Assembly: GCA_018651085.1 (NCBI GenBank)
Contig: JABIEQ010000002.1
Location: forward strand, 87,783 to 151,782
Direction of reading: 5' to 3'
From: Candidatus Magasanikiibacteriota bacterium
GTDB taxonomy: Bacteria; Patescibacteriota; Patescibacteriia; Magasanikbacterales; UBA922
DNA length: 64,000 nucleotides
Below the pieces are notes generated by a model. It was not told where the DNA came from and made no database searches. It saw nothing but the letters and a program-made list of their open reading frames with translations. This document shows positions 11,270 through 21,394 of this stretch, in pieces. The position numbers were made by a program, and so were the translations under genes. The number at the start of each line of letters is the position of its first letter. Position 1 is the stretch's first letter.

Positions 11270-12520
11270 ATGAAAAAACGAATAGAAATTATGTCACCGG
11301 CTGGTTCGCAAGCTGCTATGCAAGCAGCACTTGATGCCGGCGCTAATGCCATTTACTTTGGTATTGAACAATTAAACATGCGAGCAAGAGCTGCTAATAA
11401 TTTTACGCTTGAAGATCTTCCTCGGATTGCTGAGCTTTGTGGATCTAAGAATGTTCGGACGTATTTAACGCTCAACACTATTTTGTATGATCACGATATA
11501 ACGCTCATGAAAAAGATTTGTGATGCAGCAAAAGAAGCTGGTATTACGGCAATTATTGCAAGTGACATTGCGGCTATTTCTTATGCGCATTCTATTGGTT
11601 TAGAAATTCATATTTCAACACAAACTAACGTTACAAATATCGAAGCTGTGAAATTTTTTGCAGCGTATGCTGACGTTATTGTGCTCGCACGAGAATTAAC
11701 ATTGCAACAAGTTACAAAGATTCATGAAGATATTATTCGTGATGATGTGAAGGGACCAAGTGGAGAACTTGTTCAAATTGAACTGTTTGCCCACGGAGCT
11801 CTATGTGTTGCGATCTCTGGAAAATGTTTTATGAGTTTAGCAACGCATAACGCTTCAGCTAATAGAGGAGCATGTGCACAAAATTGTAGACGATCGTACC
11901 GCGTGATTGATGAAGATACTGGGGTGGAATTGGTGCTTGATAATAAATATGTGATGTCGCCGAAAGATCTTTGTACCATTGGAATTGTTGATAAAGTTAT
12001 TGATGCAGGGGTGACGGTGTTTAAATTAGAAGGACGAGGACGTTCACCTGATTATGTTTCAACTGTTACAAAATGTTATAGAGAAGCAGCGGATGCATAC
12101 TTAGAAGGAACATACACCGAAGAAAAAATTACTGCGTGGGTAGCAGAACTTGAAACGGTATATAACCGTGGGTTTTGGCATGGTGGATATTATTTAGGGA
12201 AAAAGATGGGGGAGTGGAGTGGTAGTTATGGAAATCAATCGACAAAAGAAAATATTTTCCTTGGTCCTGTAAAATCGTTTTTTGTACAAGCTAATGTTGG
12301 AGAGTTTCAAATGGAAACAGGTGAGTTATCTGTTGGGGAAGAAATTTTGGTGACTGGTCCCACAACAGGTGCATTTAAAATGGTTGTTGAAGAACTTCGA
12401 GTGGATGGTGAACCTGCAAAAAAAGCAGTGAAGGGTGATTTAATTACTATTAAAACAAATAGTCGAGTTAGAAAGAGTGATAAACTATTTGTGGTTCGTG
12501 ATCGAGTGAAAGTACAATAA
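11270..12520 (+). CDS. Peptidase U32 family protein (TrhP/YegQ-like tRNA hydroxylation protein)
   Basis: EIMSPAG, GANAIYFG, HGALC..ISGKC, NRGACAQNCR, MSPKDL, FKLEGR; ATG at 11270 lies downstream of the promoter. Confidence 0.9.
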   Translation: MKKRIEIMSPAGSQAAMQAALDAGANAIYFGIEQLNMRARAANNFTLEDLPRIAELCGSKNVRTYLTLNTILYDHDITLMKKICDAAKEAGITAIIASDIAAISYAHSIGLEIHISTQTNVTNIEAVKFFAAYADVIVLARELTLQQVTKIHEDIIRDDVKGPSGELVQIELFAHGALCVAISGKCFMSLATHNASANRGACAQNCRRSYRVIDEDTGVELVLDNKYVMSPKDLCTIGIVDKVIDAGVTVFKLEGRGRSPDYVSTVTKCYREAADAYLEGTYTEEKITAWVAELETVYNRGFWHGGYYLGKKMGEWSGSYGNQSTKENIFLGPVKSFFVQANVGEFQMETGELSVGEEILVTGPTTGAFKMVVEELRVDGEPAKKAVKGDLITIKTNSRVRKSDKLFVVRDRVKVQ

Positions 12521-12529
12521 TTGTTTGAT

Positions 12530-12781
12530 ATGTCTAAGATTTTGCATTTTCGAAATAATTGTATTGGTTGTGGAAGTTGTACGCTTCATGCGCCTGGTTA
12601 TTGGGAAATGGATGAAAAAGATGGAAAGGCAAATCTTAAACGAGGAAAATTGTGTGGTAAGGTTGATCAGCTTGATGTGTATGAGGGAGAAATAGAACAA
12701 AATGTCCGTGCAGCAGAAGATTGTCCCGTTTCTATCATTCATGTGTATGATGATAATGGAAAGAAAATTTCTCCGAAATAA
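12530..12781 (+). CDS. Single-cluster ferredoxin
   Basis: CIGCGSC...AAEDCPVSII motif. Confidence 0.85.
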   Translation: MSKILHFRNNCIGCGSCTLHAPGYWEMDEKDGKANLKRGKLCGKVDQLDVYEGEIEQNVRAAEDCPVSIIHVYDDNGKKISPK

Positions 12782-12895
12782 TAGCGTAATGTTCTCTTTT
12801 TTGGTTAGTTATGGGGTATTTTTCCTACTATGCTTGACGGTCTGTTTTTAATCTGGGTATTATAGGTTTATTAGATAATATTTCATTATTTTTTT

Positions 12896-13369
12896 ATGTC
12901 TGAACATTTTGATCGTTTACTCGATTTAGCAAAACGTACTGGGGACCCTCTTATTGTCCATGATCCTCTCCATGGTCAAGATGTTGTTGTTATGAGCCTT
13001 GATTACTATGAAATGCTTATTAGTGCCAATTCAGGCGTTATGGGGCATGGTGTAGAGCCTGCTTGGCACACTGCTGGGGCTGTACTTGAAGATCGTTTTG
13101 AAGACATGCATGAAGAAATATCTATGCCTTCAACTCCATCAACACCTGCATTTAAGCCTTCTTCTTTTGATAGTACTCCTGTCATGGATGATTTTGCTGA
13201 TCCTTTTTCTATTCCTCCTGCTCCTGCTCCAAAGGCAGCTTCATCTGAATTACATGTTGAAGAGTTACCGTATGATGCTCCTTTTTCTGAAGAAAATAAG
13301 ACTCCATTTGGGGAGGTAGAAGGGCGTTTTGGTGATGACGATCCTGTATTTCTTGAAGAACCAGTATAA
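12896..13369 (+). CDS. Hypothetical protein, Phd/YefM-like N-terminus with acidic Pro-rich tail
   Basis: LLDLAKRTGDPLIV...VVVMSLDYYEML; low-complexity acidic C-terminus. Confidence 0.55.
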   Translation: MSEHFDRLLDLAKRTGDPLIVHDPLHGQDVVVMSLDYYEMLISANSGVMGHGVEPAWHTAGAVLEDRFEDMHEEISMPSTPSTPAFKPSSFDSTPVMDDFADPFSIPPAPAPKAASSELHVEELPYDAPFSEENKTPFGEVEGRFGDDDPVFLEEPV

Positions 13370-13395
13370 TTATTGTTGTGTCCCCACAAAAGCCC

Positions 13396-13424
13396 TTGAC
13401 GAATGATTAAAAATCTACTATAAT
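13396..13424 (+). promoter_or_regulatory. tuf promoter
   Basis: TTGACG-17-TATAAT. Confidence 0.75.
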
Positions 13425-13559
13425 CTAGAGCGCGTAGAAATGCGCTCATTTTTATACATTTTTTGCTTTATATAGAGCAAAACATATTTATATACGCCGC
13501 TGGATTACAAAACCAGTCTAATCACTTAGGTCAGGTGCGGCAAGCATTATTTCGTTTGT

Positions 13560-14753
13560 ATGGCAGAAGACTTTGATCGTTCAAAGCCACATGTAAACGT
13601 TGGTACTATTGGTCACGTTGATCATGGGAAGACGACTACAACTGCAGCACTTTTAGCTGTAGCAGGTGCACACGGGCTTATCGCATCAACTAAGAAAGTT
13701 GATGAAATTGACGCTGCACCAGAAGAAAAGGCACGTGGTATTACTATCGCAACAGCTCACGTTGAGTATGCGACAGAAAATCGTCACTACGCTCACGTTG
13801 ATTGTCCAGGACATGCTGATTATGTAAAAAACATGATCACAGGGGCAGCACAGATGGATGGAGCAATTTTGGTTGTTTCAGCAGCTGATGGTCCAATGCC
13901 ACAGACTCGTGAGCACATCTTGCTTGCTCGTCAAGTTGGTGTACCATATATTGTTGTATACCTTAATAAGATTGACCAAGTGACAGATCCTGAACTTATT
14001 GATCTTGTTGAAGAAGAAATTCGTGAACTTCTTACAAAATATGAATTCCCAGGAGAAACTACCCCTATTATCCGAGGATCTTCTTTGAAAGCTCTTGAAA
14101 ATCCATCTGACGAAGCTGCGGCTAAGCCAATCTTGGATCTTCTAAAAGCACTTGACGAATACATTCCTACACCTGAACGAGATCTTGATAAAGATTTCCT
14201 CATGCCTATTGAAGATGTTTTCTCAATTGAAGGGCGTGGAACAGTAGTTACTGGAAGAATTGATCGTGGTATTGTTAAAGTTGGTGAAACAGTAGAAATT
14301 GTTGGAATGGGAGTTGATGTAAGTAGTACAACAGTTACTGGAGTAGAGATGTTTAACAAGAACCTTGACCAAGGACAAGCTGGAGACAATGCTGGAATTC
14401 TTCTTCGTGGTACAAAAAAGGAAGATGTTCAACGTGGACAAGTTCTTTCTAAACCAGGAACAATTAATCCACATACTGAATTTGAAGCAGAAGTGTACGT
14501 ACTTACCAAAGAAGAAGGTGGACGTCATAAGCCATTTTTCAAAGGGTATAAACCACAGTTTTACATTCGTACAACTGACGTAACTGGTGAAGTTGAACTT
14601 CCAGAAGGAAGTGAAATGGTAATGCCAGGAGACACTGTTAAACTAAAAATTAAACTTATTGTACCAGTTGCTATGGAAGAAAAAGTTCGATTTGCTATTC
14701 GTGAGGGTGGACGAACTGTTGGAGCTGGTGTTGTAACGAAGATTCTTAACTAA
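13560..14753 (+). CDS. tuf: Elongation factor Tu
   Basis: [44 protein letters not shown]. Confidence 0.99.
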   Translation: MAEDFDRSKPHVNVGTIGHVDHGKTTTTAALLAVAGAHGLIASTKKVDEIDAAPEEKARGITIATAHVEYATENRHYAHVDCPGHADYVKNMITGAAQMDGAILVVSAADGPMPQTREHILLARQVGVPYIVVYLNKIDQVTDPELIDLVEEEIRELLTKYEFPGETTPIIRGSSLKALENPSDEAAAKPILDLLKALDEYIPTPERDLDKDFLMPIEDVFSIEGRGTVVTGRIDRGIVKVGETVEIVGMGVDVSSTTVTGVEMFNKNLDQGQAGDNAGILLRGTKKEDVQRGQVLSKPGTINPHTEFEAEVYVLTKEEGGRHKPFFKGYKPQFYIRTTDVTGEVELPEGSEMVMPGDTVKLKIKLIVPVAMEEKVRFAIREGGRTVGAGVVTKILN

Positions 14754-14762
14754 TCTTTATTT

Positions 14763-14789
14763 AAAGGGGGAGGGTAACCTCCCTTTTTA
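14763..14789 (+). terminator. Terminator-like hairpin after tuf
   Basis: AAAGGGGGAGG-gtaa-CCTCCCTTTTT. Confidence 0.7.
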
Positions 14790-14809
14790 TTGTTCTTTTA
14801 TCTTACTCT

Positions 14810-15151
14810 ATGACTGATCAACCAAAACCAGAAGCACAACAAGCTGGTCCGAGAATTCGGATCAAAATTTGTGCATTCGACAGTATCATTATTGATACAG
14901 CAACAAAAACTATTATTGAGACTGCTGAACGAAATAATGCAAAGGTTGTGGGACCTGTTCCACTACCAACGCATAAAAAGAAGTTTAGTGTGAATCGGTC
15001 TACTTTTGTGCATCGTCGTTCAGGGGAGCAATTTGAGATTCGTACGCATAAGCGACTTATTGATATTTTGAACCCTAATCCAAAGGCAATTGATGCGTTA
15101 ATGAACCTGAATTTGCCGAGTGGTGTTGATGTTGAGATCAAGATGAGTTAA
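14810..15151 (+). CDS. rpsJ: Ribosomal protein uS10
   Basis: GPVPLPT, EQFEIRTHKRLIDI, LPSGVDVEIK. Confidence 0.98.
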   Translation: MTDQPKPEAQQAGPRIRIKICAFDSIIIDTATKTIIETAERNNAKVVGPVPLPTHKKKFSVNRSTFVHRRSGEQFEIRTHKRLIDILNPNPKAIDALMNLNLPSGVDVEIKMS

Positions 15152-15254
15152 TATTCAACTCGTTTTTGGAGTTGCTGCCCCTTTCGGGGGTAGTATTCTA
15201 GAAATGATCTGATATTTCTTGATTTCTGTGGATAATCATGGGTATATCTCGCCC

Positions 15255-15283
15255 TTGACAGTCTGTATCAAATTTAGTATTAT
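15255..15283 (+). promoter_or_regulatory. Promoter upstream of rplC
   Basis: TTGACA-17-TATTAT; TGTGGATAA at 15227-15235. Confidence 0.65.
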
Positions 15284-15522
15284 ATTGGCGTCTAGATTTA
15301 ACTCTAATGAGGTTCCGTCAGATAAGATCCTAGCTATTAGGAAAACATCTGTGCTCGACCATTATTAGTTTTCGTGAGGTACCCTTCTAAATTATATATT
15401 CCCCTTTATTACAGTTTAATACCTCATTTGTGAGGTCGGTTTGTAAAAAGGCTAGAAGTAGTTATATGACACTCTTGTGTCGCGTTACTGCTTCTAGTTT
15501 TTTGTTAGCAGTCTTGAAGTAT

Positions 15523-16299
15523 ATGAAATTCATTTTAGGAAAAAAACTTGGGATGACACAGGTGTTTCGTGAAGACGGAGCTGTAGTTCCTGTTACCCGT
15601 GTATTTGCTGGACCATGTGTCGTTACGCAAATCAAACATGCTACAAAAGATGGTGTTGATTCTGTACAAGTTGGTTTTGGAGAACAAAAGTCATTTCGAT
15701 TAAACAAGGCAAAGCAAGGACACTTAAAAGATCTTGCAACTGTTCGTTTTGTGAAAGAGTTTCGTTCTTCTGAAGATCATGACCTTAAACGTGGTGACAC
15801 GTTTAGTGTTAAAGTATTTGCACCTGGTGAAAAAGTACACGTTGTTGGTACCTCTAAAGGAAAAGGATTCCAAGGTGTTGTAAAACGTCATGGATTTTCT
15901 GGTGGTCCTGCTAGTCATGGTCACAAAGATCAACTTCGTATGCCTGGAAGTATTGGAGCAACAGATGCTGCTCGTGTATTTAAAGGGAAAAAGATGGGAG
16001 GTCGCATGGGGGGAGACAGAGTGACTGTTAAAAATCTTGAGATTGTTGATATCTTACCTGAAGAGAATATTCTTCTTATTAAAGGTGCTGTTCCTGGAGG
16101 ACGTGGTGGTCTACTAATGATTTCTACTCCTGAAGGAAAGATGGTTATTGATTCAGTAGAAGAGATTGTGCCTGAAGTTGACGTTAAAGAAGTTGTTCCT
16201 GAAGAAGCTCTTGTAAAAGAAGCTGTTGCAAAAGAAGAAGTTGTTGAAGAATCAAAAGAAGTTCCTAAAGAGGAAGCTTCTGCAACTGATAAAGCATAA
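15523..16299 (+). CDS. rplC: Ribosomal protein uL3 with acidic C-terminal tail
   Basis: GKKLGMTQVF, SKGKGFQGVVKRH, IKGAVPG; start moved to ATG 15523. Confidence 0.98.
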   Translation: MKFILGKKLGMTQVFREDGAVVPVTRVFAGPCVVTQIKHATKDGVDSVQVGFGEQKSFRLNKAKQGHLKDLATVRFVKEFRSSEDHDLKRGDTFSVKVFAPGEKVHVVGTSKGKGFQGVVKRHGFSGGPASHGHKDQLRMPGSIGATDAARVFKGKKMGGRMGGDRVTVKNLEIVDILPEENILLIKGAVPGGRGGLLMISTPEGKMVIDSVEEIVPEVDVKEVVPEEALVKEAVAKEEVVEESKEVPKEEASATDKA

Positions 16300-16304
16300 A
16301 TTAT

Positions 16305-16937
16305 ATGGCAACCGTATCATTATACAACGCACAAGGTAAAGAAAACGGAAAGATTGAGCTTTCTGATGCTGTATTTGGTGTGCCTGTAAAGCAAAATGTT
16401 GTTCATGAAGTGTATACTGCAATTCGTGCAAATGCACGTCAACCATGGGCTCATACAAAAAATAAAAGTGAAGTACGTGGTGGTGGAAGAAAACCATGGC
16501 GTCAAAAGGGGACTGGTCGTGCTCGACACGGATCTATTCGTTCTCCGCTTTGGACTGGTGGTGGTGTGACATTTGGTCCACGATCAACTCGTAATTTTAC
16601 AAAAAAGATTAATAGAAAGAAAAGTCAGTCTGCTGTTCGTATGTGTTTGACTGATAAGGTGCTAGAAAAGAAACTGTTTGTGCTTGATGCACTTACAAGT
16701 GAAGATGGAAAAACAAAAGCATTTGTTGCATTACGAGAGGCTTTTCCAGAATCATATAAATCAACACTTGTTGTACTTCCGAAAACTGATGAAATGGTTC
16801 TTCGTGCGACAGGTAATATTCCAAAACTTGATGTTGTAAGAGCACAAGATGTGAATGTCGTTGATTTGATGCATCATCAGTATATCTTTGTTTCAAAAGA
16901 TAGTGTTGACGCATTAGTAGCGCGCCTTGCAAAATAA
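16305..16937 (+). CDS. rplD: Ribosomal protein uL4
   Basis: GGGRKPWRQKGTGRARHGSIRSP. Confidence 0.98.
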   Translation: MATVSLYNAQGKENGKIELSDAVFGVPVKQNVVHEVYTAIRANARQPWAHTKNKSEVRGGGRKPWRQKGTGRARHGSIRSPLWTGGGVTFGPRSTRNFTKKINRKKSQSAVRMCLTDKVLEKKLFVLDALTSEDGKTKAFVALREAFPESYKSTLVVLPKTDEMVLRATGNIPKLDVVRAQDVNVVDLMHHQYIFVSKDSVDALVARLAK

Positions 16938-16946
16938 TTTTGATGT

Positions 16947-17390
16947 ATGGGAATTTTAGATAAATTGACAAAGAAAAAATTATCAAAGCAACCAGAAAAA
17001 GCTGGTGTTATTCCTGCTGCGAAAGAAGTGAAACCTGCAGTGAAAAAAGCTGTAGCTGCGTCATCAACAAAAAAAGCCACTCCTGCTCCTAAGGTAACTG
17101 TTGGTGGTAACGCTTACCGTATTATCAAACACCCAGTGATTAGTGAAAAAGCAGTGTTTGGAGAAAAGAATGGTCAATACACATTTATTGTGGTTGACAG
17201 TGCGAATAAAATTGAGATCAAAAATGCTATAAAGCAGATTTATGGAGTTATGCCGAAGAAAGTTCGGGTAATGCATATTGAAGGGAAATCAAAGCGTTTT
17301 GGTCGTCTTCGAGGAAGACGAAGTGATTATAAAAAAGCGATCGTGTTTCTTTCAAAGGGACAGCGTATTAATATCCATGAAGGGGTGTAA
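16947..17390 (+). CDS. rplW: Ribosomal protein uL23 with Lys/Ala-rich N-extension
   Basis: PVISEKA, ANKIEIK, KKAIV. Confidence 0.96.
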   Translation: MGILDKLTKKKLSKQPEKAGVIPAAKEVKPAVKKAVAASSTKKATPAPKVTVGGNAYRIIKHPVISEKAVFGEKNGQYTFIVVDSANKIEIKNAIKQIYGVMPKKVRVMHIEGKSKRFGRLRGRRSDYKKAIVFLSKGQRINIHEGV

Positions 17391-17395
17391 TTTCT

Positions 17396-18241
17396 ATGGC
17401 AGTAAAAGTATATAAACCAACTACACCAGGACGTCGCCGATCAAGCGTAGAAGACTTTTCTGATATTACAAAAAAGAAACCAGAGCGTGCACTTGTGACT
17501 CGTATTATGAAAAGCGGTGGACGAAATAATACTGGTCGTATTACTGTTCGTCATCGTGGTGGTGGAGCAAAGAGACTATATCGAATGATTGATTTTACTC
17601 GAAGTCGTTTTGACATGCCAGCAGAAGTGATTGCGATCGAATATGATCCAAATCGAGGACCTAGAATTGCTCTTATCCAATATGAAGATGAAAAGAAGGC
17701 CTATATTTTGGCTGGAGAAGGAATGAAAGTAGGAACAAAGGTTCTGTCTTCACAAAAAGCTATTGAAGCTGTGAATGGAGCTCGTATGCCACTTGAGCAT
17801 ATCCCCTCTGGAATGTTTGTTTACAATGTTGAACTACAACCAACAAAAGGTGGACAAGTTGTTCGTGGGGCTGGAGCTGGAGCACAGATTCAAGTTATTG
17901 AAGGAAAATATGCACAATTGAAACTTCCTTCAGGAGAAATTCGATTGTTCCTAAAAGAATGCATGGGAACCGTTGGTCGTGTAGGAAATTCAGATTATCA
18001 ATTGGTTCGATTAGGAAAAGCTGGACGACGACGACACCTTGGATGGCGTCCAACAGTAAAAGGAAAGAACATGAACCCTGTTGATCACCCTCATGGTGGT
18101 GGAGAAGGGCACAGTCCGATTGGTTTGAAAGTTGGTCCAAAAACTCCTTGGGGTAAGAAAGCTCGTGGAGTAAAGACTCGAAAGAAAGGGAAATGGAATG
18201 ATAAACTTATTGTTCAACGTCGAAAGCGTAAGAAACGGTAA
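17396..18241 (+). CDS. rplB: Ribosomal protein uL2
   Basis: IEYDPNR, MNPVDHPHGGGEG. Confidence 0.99.
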   Translation: MAVKVYKPTTPGRRRSSVEDFSDITKKKPERALVTRIMKSGGRNNTGRITVRHRGGGAKRLYRMIDFTRSRFDMPAEVIAIEYDPNRGPRIALIQYEDEKKAYILAGEGMKVGTKVLSSQKAIEAVNGARMPLEHIPSGMFVYNVELQPTKGGQVVRGAGAGAQIQVIEGKYAQLKLPSGEIRLFLKECMGTVGRVGNSDYQLVRLGKAGRRRHLGWRPTVKGKNMNPVDHPHGGGEGHSPIGLKVGPKTPWGKKARGVKTRKKGKWNDKLIVQRRKRKKR

Positions 18242-18250
18242 TTTCATTAT

Positions 18251-18529
18251 ATGTCAAGAAGTTTAAAAAAAGGGCCATTTGTTGCTCCAAAACTCATGAA
18301 AAAGGTAACGAAAGCGAAAGCTGAAAATGATCGTAAACCCATTAAAACATGGGCACGAGCATCAACGATTACCCCTGAAATGGTAGGAATGAAATTCTTA
18401 GTACATAACGGGAAAGATTTTCTTGAAGTGTATGTAGAAGAGAACATGGTTGGTCATAAGTTAGGTGAGTTTTCTCCAACACGGAAGTTCCGTGGTCATG
18501 GTGGTAAACTTGCAAAAGGACAAAAATAA
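18251..18529 (+). CDS. rpsS: Ribosomal protein uS19
   Basis: [24 protein letters not shown]. Confidence 0.99.
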   Translation: MSRSLKKGPFVAPKLMKKVTKAKAENDRKPIKTWARASTITPEMVGMKFLVHNGKDFLEVYVEENMVGHKLGEFSPTRKFRGHGGKLAKGQK

Positions 18530-18543
18530 GCTAATTTTACGAT

Positions 18544-18987
18544 ATGAAAGCGCAAGCAAAAGCAAAACTTAGATATTTACGAATGAGCCCTAGAAAGGTA
18601 CGATTATTGGTGGACCTTATTCGTGGTATGGAAGCTGATAAAGCATTGTTACAGTTACAATTTTCTCAAAAAGCAGCAGCACGTCCTATTAAGAAGCTTC
18701 TTGAGTCAGTTATTGCAAATGCTGTGCATAATCATAGTGTAGAAAAGAATAGTTTAGTAGTAAAAACCGCATTTGTTGACGGTGGACCAATTCTTTATCG
18801 ATGGCGTCCACGCGCATTTGGTCGGGCATCTAAGATTCGTAAACGAACGTCACACGTGACGCTTATTGTTGAAGGTGACTTAGCTGCAACAAAAAAGGAT
18901 GCTGAAGTGAAAGAAGAAGTAGTTGTAGAAAGTACAAAAGAAACAGTAGAAAAGAAGAACGTAGCTCCTAAAAAAGCAAGCAAATAA
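18544..18987 (+). CDS. rplV: Ribosomal protein uL22
   Basis: SPRKVRLLVDLIRG, PRAFGRA..IRKRTSH. Confidence 0.98.
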   Translation: MKAQAKAKLRYLRMSPRKVRLLVDLIRGMEADKALLQLQFSQKAAARPIKKLLESVIANAVHNHSVEKNSLVVKTAFVDGGPILYRWRPRAFGRASKIRKRTSHVTLIVEGDLAATKKDAEVKEEVVVESTKETVEKKNVAPKKASK

Positions 18988-19010
18988 TATTAGAACACAT
19001 AACGTACGCT

Positions 19011-19739
19011 ATGGGACGAAAAGTTCATCCAACAATTCATAGAACACAAGTGATTTACACATGGAATTCACGTTGGTTTGCGAAAAAGAAAGATTACGCA
19101 ACATTTGTTGTGCAAGATATTCGTATTCGTGAGTACCTTAAAAAGAAGTTTAAGGATGCACATATTGATGCTATTGGTCTTGAGCGTGGTCCAAAGAATA
19201 TTATTGTTACTATTTTAGCAGCAAAACCTGGTTTCATTATTGGTCGAGGCGGAAAAGGACTAGATGAAGTTCGTAAACACATTGAACGAAAGATTTTACA
19301 GATGAAGACACGAGTGAAAATTAATGTGCGAGAAGTTCGTTCACCAGCATTGTCAGCAGCAGTTGTTGCACAGACTATTGCAGGAGACACAGAACGTCGT
19401 GTTCGGTATCGACGAACCATGAAACAAGCAATTGAAAGAGTGATGAAAGCTGGAGCCAAAGGGGTGAAGGTGAAAATGTCTGGACGACTTAATGGTGCTG
19501 AAATTGCACGAACAGAAACACTTTTTCGAGGAAAAATTCCATTGATTACATTACGAAGTGATATTGATTACGCTCTTGTTGAAGCGCAAACAATTTATGG
19601 TAAGATTGGTATTAAAGTGTGGGTATATCTTGGCGAAGTATTTGGACGAAAGGACAAATTTGCTGAAAGCAAAACAGAAGGTGATGCAGCAAAGAAAAAT
19701 ACATCACGAAGAAGTCCATCACGAAAAAACACGAAATAA
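19011..19739 (+). CDS. rpsC: Ribosomal protein uS3
   Basis: MGRKVHP, SGRLNGAEIARTE, YGKIGIKVW. Confidence 0.98.
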   Translation: MGRKVHPTIHRTQVIYTWNSRWFAKKKDYATFVVQDIRIREYLKKKFKDAHIDAIGLERGPKNIIVTILAAKPGFIIGRGGKGLDEVRKHIERKILQMKTRVKINVREVRSPALSAAVVAQTIAGDTERRVRYRRTMKQAIERVMKAGAKGVKVKMSGRLNGAEIARTETLFRGKIPLITLRSDIDYALVEAQTIYGKIGIKVWVYLGEVFGRKDKFAESKTEGDAAKKNTSRRSPSRKNTK

Positions 19740-19748
19740 CGAGATGAT

Positions 19749-20162
19749 ATGTTGTTACCAAAAAAAGTAAAACATAGAAAATGGCAAAAGCCACGACGCA
19801 TGAATAAAGGTGTCGCAACACGAACAAATACTGTCGCATTTGGACAGTTTGGTATTGTTGCTACAACACATGCTTGGGTAAGTTCACGTCAAATTGAATC
19901 TGCTCGTCGTGTGATCACTCGATATGTTCGTCGCGGTGGAAAGATGTGGATTCGTATATTTCCAGATCGACCAGTAACACGAAAAGGATCAGAGGTTCCC
20001 ATGGGAAAAGGAAAAGGTGCACCGGATCATTATGTATGTACGGTAAAACCTGGAACAGTACTATTTGAAGTAGCTGGGATTTCTGAAGAAAAAGCACGAG
20101 AGTCACTTATGCTTTCTGGGTATAAATTGCCAGTTAAGGTGAGATTTGTTAAGAAAGTATAA
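19749..20162 (+). CDS. rplP: Ribosomal protein uL16
   Basis: WIRIFPDRPVT, MGKGKG. Confidence 0.98.
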   Translation: MLLPKKVKHRKWQKPRRMNKGVATRTNTVAFGQFGIVATTHAWVSSRQIESARRVITRYVRRGGKMWIRIFPDRPVTRKGSEVPMGKGKGAPDHYVCTVKPGTVLFEVAGISEEKARESLMLSGYKLPVKVRFVKKV

Positions 20163-20172
20163 CGCGTTTTGT

Positions 20173-20379
20173 ATGGCATACATTGATTTAACAAGTAAAA
20201 CAGAAAAAGAACTCCAAGCATTGCTTGCGCAAAAACGTGATGCGCTTCGGGAGCTTCGATTTAAAGTAAGTGAAGGGCAACTAAAACAAACCCACCTTAT
20301 TTCTGAAATGAAAAGAGATATTGCTCACGTGTTGACTGCGCTTAACGCAAGACGTCACGATGAGGCAAATCAACAATAA
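20173..20379 (+). CDS. rpmC: Ribosomal protein uL29
   Basis: LRELRF...GQLK...KRDIA; synteny; ATG 20173. Confidence 0.93.
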   Translation: MAYIDLTSKTEKELQALLAQKRDALRELRFKVSEGQLKQTHLISEMKRDIAHVLTALNARRHDEANQQ

Positions 20380-20390
20380 TTATTGTACGT

Positions 20391-20666
20391 ATGAGTAAAG
20401 TAGAAACAACACAAGAACCTAAAAAACAGATCCGTCGATTCGAAGGTATTGTTAAACATGCAAAAGATAAGACTGCTCGTGTTGAAGTTACTCGTACAGT
20501 AATGCACCAAAAATACCGAAAACAATATAAGACCCATAAAAATTATGCTGTGCATGATGAGAAAGAAACTGCTGAGGCAGGGGACACTGTATCGTTTGTT
20601 GAATGTCGACCATTTAGTAAAACAAAACGTTGGCGGCTAACAGCGATTGTAAAGAAAGCGGCGTAA
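20391..20666 (+). CDS. rpsQ: Ribosomal protein uS17
   Basis: HQKYRK, HDE, GDTV...ECRPFSKTKRW. Confidence 0.97.
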   Translation: MSKVETTQEPKKQIRRFEGIVKHAKDKTARVEVTRTVMHQKYRKQYKTHKNYAVHDEKETAEAGDTVSFVECRPFSKTKRWRLTAIVKKAA

Positions 20667-20692
20667 TACTTAGATAATTTTATCGATTTGAT

Positions 20693-21064
20693 ATGATCCA
20701 ACATCAATCAATGCTCAAGGTAGCAGACAATTCAGGAGCCAAAAAGTTGATGTGTATCCGTGTTCTTGGTGGTTATAAGAAACGATATGCATGTATTGGT
20801 GACGTGATAACTTGTACGGTAAAAGAAGCCGTTCCTCGTTCTGCTGTGAAAAAAGGTGAAGTTATTCATGCTGTTATTGTTCGTCAGAGAAAAGAATTCC
20901 GTCGTAAAGATGGGTCATACGTGCGATTTGATGAGAATGCTGCGGTTGTTATTGATAGAAAAACAAAGGAACCAAAGGGAACCCGTATTTTTGGACCAAT
21001 TCCTCGAGAACTTCGAGTAAAAGGGTACCAAAAGATTGTTTCTTTAGCACCCGAAGTATTATAA
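20693..21064 (+). CDS. rplN: Ribosomal protein uL14
   Basis: [22 protein letters not shown]. Confidence 0.99.
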   Translation: MIQHQSMLKVADNSGAKKLMCIRVLGGYKKRYACIGDVITCTVKEAVPRSAVKKGEVIHAVIVRQRKEFRRKDGSYVRFDENAAVVIDRKTKEPKGTRIFGPIPRELRVKGYQKIVSLAPEVL

Positions 21065-21068
21065 TCAT

Positions 21069-21386
21069 ATGAAAGCAAAGATTAAAACAAATGATAACGT
21101 AAAAGTCCTTACTGGGCGTGATCGCGGAAAGACCGGGAAAGTTATTCAGGTACTTACAAATAAGAAAACGAGTCAAAAGTTTGTTGTTGTTGAAAAGCTT
21201 AATATGCGAAAAAAGCATTTAAAAGCACGATCACGAACGGACAAGGGACAAATTATTGAATTACCTGCACCGATTCACATGAGTAATGTGGCAAAAATTG
21301 CAGAAAAGAAACAAACAGAAAAGAAAACTGCCCCTAAAAGTATTCCTTCTACCGCAAAAAAGGTAAAAACTACCGATAAGAAATAA
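21069..21386 (+). CDS. rplX: Ribosomal protein uL24
   Basis: KOW motif VKVLTGRDRGKTGKV, APIHMSNV. Confidence 0.95.
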   Translation: MKAKIKTNDNVKVLTGRDRGKTGKVIQVLTNKKTSQKFVVVEKLNMRKKHLKARSRTDKGQIIELPAPIHMSNVAKIAEKKQTEKKTAPKSIPSTAKKVKTTDKK

Positions 21387-21394
21387 GCTATTAT

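Noticed and set aside
15430-15522. N-terminal extension of rplC in the ORF track
   Set aside because: uL3 homology starts at ATG 15523; the upstream part is a structured leader.
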